Below, in pieces: positions 53,551-63,045 of a stretch of 64,000 bases of DNA (position 1 is the stretch's first letter; every line of letters begins with the position of its first letter). The notes under the pieces are model-generated. The model was not told the DNA's origin. It did not search any database and was given only the letters and a program-made list of their open reading frames with translations. The translations under genes and the position numbers were made by a program. The DNA is from Escherichia phage vB_EcoM_NBG2. The DNA lies in the sequence record NC_054925.1; one strand, 5' to 3'.

Positions 53551-54330
53551 ATGGCAGTAGTTGGAGTTCCTGGCTGGATTGGAAGTTCAGCCGTAAATGA
53601 AACGGGTCAGCGCTGGATGAGTCAAGCAGCTGGTCAATTAAGATTGGGTGTTCCTTGCTGGATGAGTCAATTTGCAGGTCGCTCAAGAGAAATTATTCAT
53701 ACACTTGGAGCAGACCATAACTTCAATGGTCAATGGTTCCGAGATAGATGTTTTGAGGCAGGTAGTACACCTATAGTGTTTAATATCACTGGAGATTTAG
53801 TATCATATTCTAAAGATGTTCCTTTATTCTTCATGTACGGAGATACACCGAATGAATATGTTCAGTTGAATATACACGGCGTAACGATGTATGGACGTGG
53901 CGGTAATGGCGGTAGCAATAGTCCTGGTTCAGCTGGAGGTCATTGTATTCAAAACGATATTGGTGGGAGACTAAGAATTAATAATGGCGGAGCTATTGCT
54001 GGAGGCGGCGGTGGCGGCGGCGGCGGCAACAGGGGTAGACTATCCTTTGGCGGCGGAGGCGGTCGTCCATTTGGCGCTGGTGGGTCTTCCTCTCATATGA
54101 GTGCTGGTGCAACCAGCGGCACTATTTACGCTCCGGGTGCAGGATCTGTCGGTGAGGGGTCTCTTAGTGCATATACAGGCGGGAATGGCGGTGAAGTTGG
54201 CTCCGCAGGAGGTAGATGTAATACTCACGGTACCGGTACAGAATATGACGGCGGTGCTGCTGGTTATGCCGTCATAGGGTCTACACCGACATGGCAAAAT
54301 GTTGGAGCAATATATGGTCCAAGAGTATAA
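53551..54330 (+). CDS. 38: gp38 receptor-recognising adhesin, T2-type with glycine-rich motifs
   Basis: 259 aa; several Gly-rich blocks ([36 protein letters not shown]). Confidence 0.85.
   Translation: MAVVGVPGWIGSSAVNETGQRWMSQAAGQLRLGVPCWMSQFAGRSREIIHTLGADHNFNGQWFRDRCFEAGSTPIVFNITGDLVSYSKDVPLFFMYGDTPNEYVQLNIHGVTMYGRGGNGGSNSPGSAGGHCIQNDIGGRLRINNGGAIAGGGGGGGGGNRGRLSFGGGGGRPFGAGGSSSHMSAGATSGTIYAPGAGSVGEGSLSAYTGGNGGEVGSAGGRCNTHGTGTEYDGGAAGYAVIGSTPTWQNVGAIYGPRV
54001..54063 (+). repeat. GGC/GGT trinucleotide tract encoding poly-Gly in gp38
   Basis: ggaggcggcggtggcggcggcggcggc ... cggcggaggcggt. Confidence 0.8.
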
Positions 54331-54360
54331 TTTGAATAAATATCCTTAAAAGGAGGGTCT

Positions 54361-55017
54361 ATGGCAGCACCTAGAATATCATTTTCGCCCTCTGATATTC
54401 TATTTGGTGTTCTAGATCGCTTGTTCAAAGATAATGCTACCGGGAAAGTTCTTGCTTCCCGGGTAGCTGTCGTAATTCTTTTGTTTATAATGGCGATTGT
54501 TTGGTATAGGGGAGATAGTTTCTTTGAGTACTATAAGCAATCAAAGTATGAAACATACAGTGAAATTATTGAAAAGGAAAGAACTGCACGCTTTGAATCT
54601 GTCGCCCTGGAACAACTCCAGATAGTTCATATATCATCTGAGGCAGACTTTAGTGCGGTGTATTCTTTCCGCCCTAAAAACTTAAACTATTTTGTTGATA
54701 TTATAGCATATGAAGGAAAATTACCTTCAACAATAAGTGAAAAATCACTTGGAGGATATCCTGTTGATAAAACTATGGATGAATATACAGTTCATTTAAA
54801 TGGACGTCATTATTATTCCAACTCAAAATTTGCTTTTTTACCAACTAAAAAGCCTACTCCCGAAATAAACTACATGTACAGTTGTCCATATTTTAATTTG
54901 GATAATATCTATGCTGGAACGATAACCATGTACTGGTATAGAAATGATCATATAAGTAATGACCGCCTTGAATCAATATGTGCTCAGGCGGCCAGAATAT
55001 TAGGAAGGGCTAAATAA
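54361..55017 (+). CDS. t: holin / lysis-inhibition sensor T
   Basis: 218 aa; single N-terminal transmembrane segment (VAVVILLFIMAIVWY) and large periplasmic domain. Confidence 0.93.
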   Translation: MAAPRISFSPSDILFGVLDRLFKDNATGKVLASRVAVVILLFIMAIVWYRGDSFFEYYKQSKYETYSEIIEKERTARFESVALEQLQIVHISSEADFSAVYSFRPKNLNYFVDIIAYEGKLPSTISEKSLGGYPVDKTMDEYTVHLNGRHYYSNSKFAFLPTKKPTPEINYMYSCPYFNLDNIYAGTITMYWYRNDHISNDRLESICAQAARILGRAK

Positions 55018-55290
55018 TTATTTGTTCGTATACATCTCTAGATATCGATATACACTCTCAAAACCCTCGTTGAATTCGTCGATGAGGGTTTTCTTATCTT
55101 CTTGAGTTAATTCAGAAACAATTTTACGGAATGAATTCTGATTTAACTTTCTACCTTCATGCGTTACTCCAATCTCATTCAGAAATGCAATAAAATTAGC
55201 ACGATTTTCAACAATATCTTCTCTGGAAAATTTAATCAAAATAGACGCAACAGTAATAATTTCACGAACTGTATCAATGTTTTTATTCAT
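55018..55290 (-). CDS. asiA: anti-sigma70 factor AsiA
   Basis: 90 aa, MNKNIDTVREIITVASILIKFSREDIVENRANFIAFLNEIG... Confidence 0.95.
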   Translation of the reverse strand: MNKNIDTVREIITVASILIKFSREDIVENRANFIAFLNEIGVTHEGRKLNQNSFRKIVSELTQEDKKTLIDEFNEGFESVYRYLEMYTNK

Positions 55291-55302
55291 TAACTATACC
55301 AC

Positions 55303-55455
55303 TCAATTAGTTGACTTTGTTATAATATCATCAGACACTTGATTTGTAAACTGGTCTGTGTTATTTTCTTCAAAAATTTTTTCTACGAATTCCTTGAACG
55401 ACTCGCGTTCCTGAGCTACATTATGCTCGATTACCTTTTCAAGATTATGACTCAT
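55303..55455 (-). CDS. hypothetical small protein
   Basis: Hand-derived 50-aa ORF MSHNLEKVIEHN...; start overlaps the arn stop (ATGA). Confidence 0.4.
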   Translation of the reverse strand: MSHNLEKVIEHNVAQERESFKEFVEKIFEENNTDQFTNQVSDDIITKSTN

Positions 55456-55730
55456 TCGAAATAATCTTCAATTTCGTAATCATGGACATAAATCATTATA
55501 GTTTTTAATACATCATCAATACTTTTTCCTGGAGCTGGAATTACGTAAAAATATCCTGCTTTTGAGAGGTCTTTATAAGTTCCAATCAAGAAATCATTAT
55601 TCTCAAGATGTAACTCTTCAACTAATTCATTGACAATTGAATGGTATAGGTTTGGTAGAAACTTATATAGCTTTTCTAGAATATCAATTTTGATTGTGTA
55701 TTGAACCACGGACTGAGAATCAATAATCAT
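55452..55730 (-). CDS. arn: Arn, anti-restriction (McrBC inhibitor) candidate
   Basis: 92-aa acidic protein at the T4 arn position next to asiA. Confidence 0.7.
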   Translation of the reverse strand: MIIDSQSVVQYTIKIDILEKLYKFLPNLYHSIVNELVEELHLENNDFLIGTYKDLSKAGYFYVIPAPGKSIDDVLKTIMIYVHDYEIEDYFE

Positions 55731-55813
55731 AGACCTTCCCCTTATGTTTCTGTTTGCGATTAGATTCTTTAAACGCTTTCTTCTTATCCTTATGAACAGA
55801 AGCTTTATTAAAA

Positions 55814-56032
55814 TTATGCTTTGCGACTAAATTGTTCATAGTGCTGAATTACCTCTCTTAAACATTTGCATGTGAATGAAAACTTTTTAGCTACACCACA
55901 TTCAAATATATGTTCTCTTAAATCGTGTGTATCGGTATATCCCATCTCAACAATAAAATGTCGTATTAGATTTTTATCTTTATCATTGAGAGAATTAAAA
56001 TAATCAGATTTTGAATTAATTTCCCTGGCCAA
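55814..56032 (-). CDS. hypothetical protein (arn.x block)
   Basis: 72-aa ORF. Confidence 0.5.
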   Translation of the reverse strand: MAREINSKSDYFNSLNDKDKNLIRHFIVEMGYTDTHDLREHIFECGVAKKFSFTCKCLREVIQHYEQFSRKA

Positions 56033-56312
56033 ATTGAATCACCTTCAGTTGACGTTTTAACTCTTTTATCATCTCTTCGTTCATTGCAATATAAAGATCG
56101 CGTAGAGCAGGTTTTAGCATTCCATTTACCGGAGAACTAAATGGACATACATAATCTTTTCCTACGAGCTTTTTGGCGAATTCCATATCGCAGAACTTAA
56201 ATCCCGGCTCATTGGTATAAATTCCCCAATTAGTTGACATCATTTTATTGGCATATTCCAATGCCTGGATTTGATTAGTAATTCCATCAATTTGAAACTT
56301 TTTAATATTCAT
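56016..56312 (-). CDS. hypothetical protein (arn.x block)
   Basis: 98-aa ORF. Confidence 0.5.
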   Translation of the reverse strand: MNIKKFQIDGITNQIQALEYANKMMSTNWGIYTNEPGFKFCDMEFAKKLVGKDYVCPFSSPVNGMLKPALRDLYIAMNEEMIKELKRQLKVIQFGQGN

Positions 56313-56779
56313 TAGTAAAGGTCCTCAGAGTAAAGTTCTTTTTCACTACCACCACGTTCAATACGCACTTGTCCAGCGTAAGTTGCAATAATCATTGCTT
56401 CTTCACGTGTCCAATAATTACTATATTGGTCAATAAATCCTTGGTCTTCACCACAAACATGGTCTGATACAAGTTTATCACTTACCTGGTCAAGAACTTC
56501 AGCCATATCTTTAGAATAATGACGAGCACCAGGAATAACCAGAGTCCCACCATCTTTTAACTTAAAGCGGTTGGCTGCACACACAATTCGACGTTGATAT
56601 TTTTCATTATTGTTCCAATGAGCTACTTGCCAACAGATTTCAGGAACCTCTTCTAAAACATCCTCTTCCGTATATTCGGTGTAGTCGCCATAGGCCTGTA
56701 ATTTAGCTGCTAGACTTTCTGGAGTTTCACGTAATAAAGCCAGGTCTAATAATTCAAGACGCTCTTTGAAGGTTTTCAT
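56312..56779 (-). CDS. hypothetical protein (arn.x block)
   Basis: 155-aa ORF. Confidence 0.5.
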   Translation of the reverse strand: MKTFKERLELLDLALLRETPESLAAKLQAYGDYTEYTEEDVLEEVPEICWQVAHWNNNEKYQRRIVCAANRFKLKDGGTLVIPGARHYSKDMAEVLDQVSDKLVSDHVCGEDQGFIDQYSNYWTREEAMIIATYAGQVRIERGGSEKELYSEDLY

Positions 56780-56927
56780 TTGGTTTCCTCAACACTTTTA
56801 ATTTTTATAGCTTGTTTAGAACTTTCAAAGCATTGACAATATACTCTTACCGCATCAAACTGGTTGGCCGCTTTAAGATGGACTACACCTTCGCCGTTAT
56901 AAAATTCTACAACAATTTTAAATGTTT

Positions 56928-57257
56928 TCATTTAAACCATCCTTTAATACGTTGCCATAAAGTTTTCTGTTGAGCTTTGTTAACACCAATTGAGCGAATA
57001 ACTGGTTGAGATTCATGGAATTCTTTATAATCAGCAAGGTAAATTTCGTAAGCTGAATCCATAAAGGAACTTATAGCTGCCATGAAATTATTGCGAATAC
57101 CTACTGGAGCATCTTTACTTTCACGAATAATCATGTATTTACCAGTCTTAATCTTTACAATAGTTCCAAGATAAGCCCCATGGTACCAGATGTCCCATCC
57201 CTCTTGAGTGGGTTCTGCACAACGACGAAGTTCATTGATAATTTCTAACTTGTTCAT
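56928..57257 (-). CDS. hypothetical protein
   Basis: 109-aa ORF upstream of a further ~51-aa ORF in the 56780-56930 gap. Confidence 0.5.
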   Translation of the reverse strand: MNKLEIINELRRCAEPTQEGWDIWYHGAYLGTIVKIKTGKYMIIRESKDAPVGIRNNFMAAISSFMDSAYEIYLADYKEFHESQPVIRSIGVNKAQQKTLWQRIKGWFK

Positions 57258-57267
57258 TATTTATTCC

Positions 57268-57903
57268 TCACAGTTCAGATGCTACGGTGATTACTGCTTC
57301 AATGTTTTCTGCCGAGCGTTTAATGTCAAGATACACATTACCGTTTTTAGCGATTTTACATGACATTCCGATATCAGTAAATTTCTGAATATGATGTTCC
57401 ATCATTTTGTATCCAAAAATTCGCATATTTCCATTGTTATTAATTTCAAAATTACGAATTCCGTGAGTGCGTTTTTCTAAAATAGCAAGATAGTTACTGC
57501 GGTAAGTTTCAACCTTTTTAAGAACAAATCCATTTTCATCTAAAAGTTTTAACATGAAGTCTTTATCTTCTTCCATATCAGAAGTAATCTCACGAGCTTT
57601 ACGAGTTGCTCGTTTTTTCAACAGTTCAGGAGCATTTTCCTGTGCGTATAAAGTTGCTGCATTTGAAATAATATCCTGAGCTTCGCCTGTAATGATTAAT
57701 CCATCACCAGATTTCTCCACCAGGCCTTTTTTAATCAATACCCCAATATTACTATTAACTACTGCGTTACCTAAATCTGGATGCACCTCACGAACTTCTG
57801 CAGCTGTAATGAAATCTTTCTTAGCAACAGTAATTAAAATCGCAGCAGTTTTTTCATTCAGAACATCGTTAGAAGCTTTGATGATGTAAGTTACTTTAGA
57901 CAT
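57268..57903 (-). CDS. motA: middle-transcription activator MotA
   Basis: 211 aa, MSKVTYIIKASNDVLNEKTAAILITVAKKDFITAAEVREVHPDLGNAVV... Confidence 0.95.
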   Translation of the reverse strand: MSKVTYIIKASNDVLNEKTAAILITVAKKDFITAAEVREVHPDLGNAVVNSNIGVLIKKGLVEKSGDGLIITGEAQDIISNAATLYAQENAPELLKKRATRKAREITSDMEEDKDFMLKLLDENGFVLKKVETYRSNYLAILEKRTHGIRNFEINNNGNMRIFGYKMMEHHIQKFTDIGMSCKIAKNGNVYLDIKRSAENIEAVITVASEL

Positions 57904-57937
57904 TTTAATCTCCGTTTCAGTTCATTTATTTGATAGG

Positions 57938-57985
57938 TCTATAGTATCATGTTTAAAGCAGAAGTAAACACTTTTTTGCACTCTT
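57938..57985 (-). promoter_or_regulatory. early-type promoter for motA
   Basis: Minus strand GTTTAC-N14-TGATACTAT upstream of the motA ATG. Confidence 0.5.
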
Positions 57986-58008
57986 TTTCAAGAGCTCTAA
58001 TAAAGTAC

Positions 58009-58236
58009 TTACTTAATGTTCAGATTACGAACTTCGATTTCGTCTTCATGGGCAAAATCAAACTGTTTGAATTCTGTGTCACCTTTAAATTTAAAAATCA
58101 TTGTGAAGAAAGTCAGAACACCAGGTTTTTCTTCACGAACTCCACAGATATCATATTCAATACCATCTACAACCAGTTTGTTAGCAGTCAGAGCATTTTT
58201 AGCTTTAACGATTTCGTTTTCGATTTTAAATTTCAT
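58009..58236 (-). CDS. hypothetical protein
   Basis: 75-aa ORF between gene 52 and motA, preceded by an early promoter. Confidence 0.5.
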   Translation of the reverse strand: MKFKIENEIVKAKNALTANKLVVDGIEYDICGVREEKPGVLTFFTMIFKFKGDTEFKQFDFAHEDEIEVRNLNIK

Positions 58237-58281
58237 TTTTTGTATCTCCGGGTTGTTTGTTTCAGTTCATTTATTTGATAG

Positions 58282-58340
58282 TTGTATAGTACCACAGTAT
58301 GCTTTGGTTGTAAACCGTTTTGTGAAAAAATTTTTGAAAT
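58282..58340 (-). promoter_or_regulatory. early-type promoter
   Basis: Minus strand aaaaattttttcacaaaac-GGTTTACA-N15-TGGTACTATACAAC. Confidence 0.5.
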
Positions 58341-58367
58341 AAAAAAGGGAGAGCCTCGGCTCTCCCT
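58341..58367 (-). terminator. rho-independent terminator
   Basis: gggagagcc-ga-ggctctccc hairpin followed by UUUUUU on minus strand. Confidence 0.65.
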
Positions 58368-58371
58368 AAAA

Positions 58372-58521
58372 TTACTGCATGACTGTGATAACTGTCATGA
58401 TAACACGTTGAATTCCGAACGCAAGAAGACCTCCTGCTACGGCAGGAACAACACCTAAACCCGCCAGTAAAATGCCACCAGATACTAATGCAGCGCTTGT
58501 GATACCAATGAATGGACTCAT
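58372..58521 (-). CDS. small hydrophobic glycine-zipper peptide
   Basis: Hand-derived 49-aa ORF MSPFIGITSAALVSGGILLAGLGVVPAVAGGLLAFGIQRVIMTVITVMQ; start overlaps gene 52 stop (ATGA). Confidence 0.5.
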   Translation of the reverse strand: MSPFIGITSAALVSGGILLAGLGVVPAVAGGLLAFGIQRVIMTVITVMQ

Positions 58522-59846
58522 TTGATTTCCTCTAAATCTTTAGTGTATTCGGTAACTACATCAGTAGTTTTCCAATATTCGTTTTCTTCTTTCTTAGCTT
58601 TAGCTTCTTCAGCAAGTTTCTTTGCTTCGTCGGAAGTCATATGAAAAATATTCATTCCGACTAGTTTATCAACATAAGAAGAATACATATCAATTTTAGA
58701 AAGTTCTTCGGTCAGTTCTTTGCGAGTTTTACCCTGCACAACAATTTCACCTGAAATTACTTTCTTAATGAAATGTGCCTTGGCAAAGGCTAAACGAAAT
58801 GCTGATTCAGTTTCTTTGATTTTGTTATCAATTCGTTTTTGGACATAAGTTTTACGAACTTCAACAAAGTCTTTAATTAAATCAACTACGTTATCGTAAA
58901 CTTGCAGCTTTCCTTTCTCATTAATGACTGTAATATTCTGAGAACGACGCTCAATCAGTCCGAAGTCTTTCATAATTTTTGCATGGCGTTCTTCTTCATT
59001 ATCGCTCAAAGAGTATTCTTTGCGGAATTTAATTTTAAAGCCAAAACCATGCTCACCGCAAGCATCATCCCATGTAATGAAGCCTTTATCTTCAAGCGGG
59101 TCTAAGATTTTACTCACGTAAGTTTCACGATCATACTTATACGGAATCTCAGTGATATGCATTTGAGTTCGTGAAGTAAACTTATATGTTCCACGAATTT
59201 CATATTGCCCATCAATTTCAACGACTTCACCACGAAATTCTGGGAATTCTACCTTCGGTTTAGTTACTTTCTTTCCTTGAAGAGCTTGCAGTACAGCTTT
59301 CTTGACAGAAGAAACACTATGAGGAAGAATGTAAGTTGCATAACCAGTTGCAATACCGGAAACGCCATTAAGAAGAACAGTAGGAATAATAGGCAAATAG
59401 AAAGCAGGCGGAATGTGTTCTTTATCTTGATGTACCGGAGCATATTCAGTATCTTTATATACGTTATAGAAATTTTTACTTACACGAGCAAAAATATAAC
59501 GACTTGCCGCTGCTTTTTGAACGGTACGAGAACCAAAGTTTCCTTGACCATCTAACAAAGGAAAGTTATTATTCCAAGTATTAGCCATCAAAGCTCCTGC
59601 ATCTTGTGCAGAGTTTTCGCCATGATGATATCCAAGGTCCGCTACACCACCTGCGATAGAAGCGAGTTTGTGAAACTTATCTTTATTTCCTCGTGCCAAA
59701 TCAAGAGCTCGAGCAATAACAAATCGTTGAACTGGCTTAAATCCATCAATCATATTTGGAATGGCACGATTTTCAACCGTGTACATAGCATAAGCCAATG
59801 CTTCATTATCAATGATACTTTTTAAATCGCGATTATTCAGTTGCAT
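58518..59846 (-). CDS. 52: DNA topoisomerase II medium subunit gp52
   Basis: 442 aa, MQLNNRDLKSIIDNEALAYAMYTVENRAIPNMIDGFKPVQRFV... (GyrA-like, catalytic Tyr region). Confidence 0.95.
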   Translation of the reverse strand: MQLNNRDLKSIIDNEALAYAMYTVENRAIPNMIDGFKPVQRFVIARALDLARGNKDKFHKLASIAGGVADLGYHHGENSAQDAGALMANTWNNNFPLLDGQGNFGSRTVQKAAASRYIFARVSKNFYNVYKDTEYAPVHQDKEHIPPAFYLPIIPTVLLNGVSGIATGYATYILPHSVSSVKKAVLQALQGKKVTKPKVEFPEFRGEVVEIDGQYEIRGTYKFTSRTQMHITEIPYKYDRETYVSKILDPLEDKGFITWDDACGEHGFGFKIKFRKEYSLSDNEEERHAKIMKDFGLIERRSQNITVINEKGKLQVYDNVVDLIKDFVEVRKTYVQKRIDNKIKETESAFRLAFAKAHFIKKVISGEIVVQGKTRKELTEELSKIDMYSSYVDKLVGMNIFHMTSDEAKKLAEEAKAKKEENEYWKTTDVVTEYTKDLEEIK

Positions 59847-59850
59847 AAAT

Positions 59851-59991
59851 TTACCATACTAGTGAATGTAGTGCCATAATAACATCAGAAATGAAAAGCA
59901 CGACTTGAATTAATCCGAACATTATTCCGTAATATAATGCTATCAATAAAATAGCAAGGGCTAATGAATAGCCCAAGATTTTCTTAATCAT
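59851..59991 (-). CDS. small membrane protein (52.1 position)
   Basis: Hand-derived 46-aa hydrophobic ORF MIKKILGYSLALAILLIALYYG... Confidence 0.45.
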   Translation of the reverse strand: MIKKILGYSLALAILLIALYYGIMFGLIQVVLFISDVIMALHSLVW

Positions 59992-60140
59992 TAGTAGATA
60001 ACAACACAAATGTTAAATATGCACACATACCCTGGGCTAAAGCTTGTGAAAACACACTGCTGGCATCAATACAGATAGTTAAAACACATGCTACTATCCA
60101 ACAAATAAATGAAATAATTCCTAATAATTTTGCGATATTC
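59982..60140 (-). CDS. small membrane protein (T4 ac position)
   Basis: Hand-derived 52-aa hydrophobic ORF MNIAKLLGIISFICWIVACVL... Confidence 0.45.
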
Positions 60141-60149
60141 ATATTTTCC

Positions 60150-60230
60150 TCACTGGCGTCCGAAGACGCCTTTAGTTTTAAGATTATTACGATAGAACTG
60201 CATCACATGTTCGTTATGGAAATTACTCAT
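60150..60230 (-). CDS. stp: Stp peptide (suppressor of three-prime phosphatase)
   Basis: Hand-derived 26-aa [29 protein letters not shown] overlapping the ndd stop; coordinates +/-2 nt. Confidence 0.7.
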
Positions 60231-60688
60231 TAATATGCCTGTAAAACAAATTTAAAGTTATCAGCCAACATACGGTTCATTTCTTCAAGTGTTTGATACT
60301 CAGAATGATGATTACGAGTAAACGCTAAAGCTAACTGTCCTTTTCCAAATCCCGTCGTCAGAGGTTTCATCTTAGAAGCAGGCAGATAAAATACTGTGTA
60401 TGGAACATTGTTATTTGCAATAGTACGCGCAAGCTGAGACCGGCGTTGACGAATATGACTTAGAACTGCGCTGAATCCTTGCTTAGAACGCTGATTACCT
60501 ACATAAAATCGTGCTGACACACATGGATTACTAAATGGACGACCATCTAATTTACTTACTAAAAAGTAAAATCCAGGTTTAGATAAAATATCTTTATGCG
60601 GAGTTCCTAAAAACCACTCACCACCCTTGATTGTACCAATAACAGTAGCGCCTGCGTTGTTCAGATCAGTAACAGTCATGTATTTCAT
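60230..60688 (-). CDS. ndd: nucleoid disruption protein Ndd
   Basis: 152 aa from [28 protein letters not shown]...; track ORF has an 18-aa upstream extension. Confidence 0.85.
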
Positions 60689-60746
60689 ATTAATTTCCTC
60701 TAAATTATTTTCTACTCCAAGGCCGCATGAATACGCGGCCATTAAA

Positions 60747-60962
60747 TTAATCGTCGCAGTCGACGCTCAATTCCCAAAACTCTTCTACGGTATAAGTTTC
60801 AGTATCATTTTCAATACAGAAACGTTCATTACTGTTATTTGCTAAAGTAGCATTAACTGTCATTTTCTCGCTAGTGCTCTTAAGAGGTGAAATACGAATT
60901 AACTGATCACCGTTATCTAAACAAAAAATTTCACCGACTTTTACATCTTTAAAACTTTTCAT
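60747..60962 (-). CDS. hypothetical protein (ndd.1 position)
   Basis: 71-aa acidic ORF. Confidence 0.5.
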   Translation of the reverse strand: MKSFKDVKVGEIFCLDNGDQLIRISPLKSTSEKMTVNATLANNSNERFCIENDTETYTVEEFWELSVDCDD

Positions 60963-61077
60963 AATTCACCTCAAGGAGTATAAAATCCGAATGCAGTTGT
61001 TGACCATCCCATCCAATATGGGAAATTTGCACCAATGTAAAACATAAGAATATAAAACCAACCACTCAGCAAATTCA

Positions 61078-61296
61078 TCATTTTACACCATTCCAAATTG
61101 TTTCAACCACGGATTTTAAACCATTTTGATGAATGTCCATTCCGACTACTGCCATCAAATAGATTCCAACTACAACTGAACCTAAGGCAAAAATCAGCAT
61201 GAAAATGAATAAAGCCGGAAAAATATTATCGAAAAACCATTCAATAAATGTAAAAGCAGTGCTTTTACGCTTCATATTTTCCTCACATAAATCCAA
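61078..61296 (-). CDS. small membrane protein
   Basis: 72 aa with a hydrophobic core (FPALFIFMLIFALGSVVVGIYLMAVVG). Confidence 0.5.
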   Translation of the reverse strand: MDLCEENMKRKSTAFTFIEWFFDNIFPALFIFMLIFALGSVVVGIYLMAVVGMDIHQNGLKSVVETIWNGVK

Positions 61297-61396
61297 AGTA
61301 AGCGTTTAATACATCAATCATTAAAACGATTGGGAATATACTCAAAACTATTAGTATTATAACTACATTCCATATAGCTTTAACAATCTTTTTCAT
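61283..61396 (-). CDS. small membrane peptide (start moved downstream of promoter)
   Basis: MKKIVKAIWNVVIILIVLSIFPIVLMIDVLNAYFGFM, 37 aa; track ORF begins upstream of the predicted promoter. Confidence 0.4.
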   Translation of the reverse strand: MKKIVKAIWNVVIILIVLSIFPIVLMIDVLNAYFGFM

Positions 61397-61422
61397 TTTC
61401 TGTTCCTCCGTAGTTGATAGAG

Positions 61423-61475
61423 TAATAATACCACAGAGGAACAGTCTTGTAAACAACTTTTTAAAAATATTCGTA
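61423..61475 (-). promoter_or_regulatory. early-type promoter
   Basis: Minus strand GTTTACA-N14-TGGTATTAT. Confidence 0.45.
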
Positions 61476-61638
61476 ATAAATGTGAATACCAACTACTACC
61501 GCTGAAACCTGTGCAACCCACCACGCACAAGCAATAAGTACAGAATTCAAAATTTTCATAATAACCTCATCACAAAAGTAAATGTTAAACAAATTACTGG
61601 AATACTAATTAACCAAACAAAACACCACCACAGTGAAC

Positions 61639-61902
61639 TCATAGCTCAATCTCAACGATTTCCAAGTGTTTTTGTTTTATTGCCTTTTTAACACAATCAT
61701 GGACTAAATATGACCATGAATCATTATATTCTCCATTAACTAATCGTTGGAGATCTTCACGTGATGATAAGTAAGGTTGATCTGATTCCCATTTTGATAA
61801 AAATACTGCAGTAAAAATATCTCCTTCATCTGTAGTTGAAGTCGTAAATGCAATAAATTCACCGGTAATTTTATGTTTAGCGTAATAAAATTTAAATTTC
61901 AT
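61639..61902 (-). CDS. hypothetical protein (start moved downstream of promoter)
   Basis: 87 aa from MKFKFYYAKHKITGEF...; track ORF begins inside the promoter. Confidence 0.45.
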   Translation of the reverse strand: MKFKFYYAKHKITGEFIAFTTSTTDEGDIFTAVFLSKWESDQPYLSSREDLQRLVNGEYNDSWSYLVHDCVKKAIKQKHLEIVEIEL

Positions 61903-61925
61903 TTTTACTCCTCCGTAGCTGATAG

Positions 61926-61985
61926 TTGTATAGTACCACGGTCCTTGTAGTATGTAAACGGTTTTGTGAAAATTTTTTAAATGGA
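61926..61985 (-). promoter_or_regulatory. early-type promoter
   Basis: Minus strand aaaaattttcacaaaac-CGTTTACA-N15-TGGTACTATACAAC. Confidence 0.5.
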
Positions 61986-62534
61986 AAGATACCATCCATT
62001 GTAGTTGCTTTTTCTTACAACCTTACGAAGGTCTTCTCTGTCACCGATGAACTTCGGAGTGTACTGGATAACACCTGGATGAATTTCTTTAGTGTTGAAT
62101 ATAATTATACAGTCAGCGACTTGATGATTTAGAATGGGCCCTAGATTTATTCCAGAACCGTATGGATACTCTCCGCTGCATCCTGTTGTTACAGAAATCC
62201 AACGTGAGCCAGTTTGATGTGTCTTAACTTCTACACGAAGCCCACAGTATTTTGGATGTGCTAAAACATCCCACGCGTATGTATATGGATCATCGACATC
62301 TTCTTGACCTTTATTAACATACCCGCTTAGCCAATCTGCTACAAAAAACTCTGCGTATACAGCAATACGACATCTTTCAATAACTTCTGCTTTATCCTGG
62401 TTCGGGTTTTGTTTTAAAGAGTATCTTGCAGTATCAGCAATTTTGACCTTCATTTCACTAGTCAAGTCACTGTTCGATAGGGTAAATGTCGGAATCTGAA
62501 ATAGTCTCTGTAAACCCGGATTCGTTTTCTGCAT
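61977..62534 (-). CDS. denB: endonuclease IV
   Basis: 185 aa at the T4 denB position between ndd and rIIB. Confidence 0.8.
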   Translation of the reverse strand: MQKTNPGLQRLFQIPTFTLSNSDLTSEMKVKIADTARYSLKQNPNQDKAEVIERCRIAVYAEFFVADWLSGYVNKGQEDVDDPYTYAWDVLAHPKYCGLRVEVKTHQTGSRWISVTTGCSGEYPYGSGINLGPILNHQVADCIIIFNTKEIHPGVIQYTPKFIGDREDLRKVVRKSNYNGWYLSI

Positions 62535-62796
62535 TTAGACTTTCCTTTTTACCACTGAGATAAGCGTTATATACTTTAAGAGTGCCGTAATAAATTCGGT
62601 CATTTTCATCTAAAGACTCGCGGTCAAGTTCATCGAGCTCCTTTTTATCCATGACTATAACATCATTACAGTAAAGAAACCCAAGTTTTTCGTGACCAAA
62701 CTCAAATTTATTACAGTACACAATATTAGCGTGATGATTTCCGTGCAGTTTAATCTCTTTTATGTCGGAATCACCGATATTCATACAATAAATCAT
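62467..62796 (-). CDS. hypothetical protein (denB.1 position)
   Basis: 109-aa ORF overlapping the denB 5' end by 68 nt. Confidence 0.45.
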   Translation of the reverse strand: MIYCMNIGDSDIKEIKLHGNHHANIVYCNKFEFGHEKLGFLYCNDVIVMDKKELDELDRESLDENDRIYYGTLKVYNAYLSGKKESLNAENESGFTETISDSDIYPIEQ

Positions 62797-62810
62797 AATT
62801 TTTCCTTAAA

Positions 62811-62830
62811 ACAAAAGGGCCGAAGCCCCT
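62811..62830 (-). terminator. terminator hairpin
   Basis: gggccgaagccc stem-loop with flanking U-run on minus strand. Confidence 0.55.
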
Positions 62831-62834
62831 TATT

Positions 62835-63029
62835 TTATTTGAATTGCGCAATTCTTTTTTCTAAACAATCTGCATAAGATTTCATTGAGATGAACTGTGA
62901 AAGCAGTAATTCTTGCTCAACTTCATTAATCGTTAGAAACTTTGTACTTTCTAAAAATTTGCTCAGTGCATTAATTTTGAGCATTAATTGATCGTATTCT
63001 TCTTTTACTCGTGCTTGATAACCTAACAT
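62835..63029 (-). CDS. hypothetical protein
   Basis: 64-aa ORF immediately downstream of rIIB. Confidence 0.5.
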   Translation of the reverse strand: MLGYQARVKEEYDQLMLKINALSKFLESTKFLTINEVEQELLLSQFISMKSYADCLEKRIAQFK

Positions 63030-63045
63030 AATTTTCCTTAATATG

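Noticed and set aside
54040-54297. 85-aa minus-strand ORF inside gp38
   Set aside because: Antisense to the glycine-rich region; open only because GGC repeats read as GCC/CCG (Ala/Pro/Arg) on the other strand.
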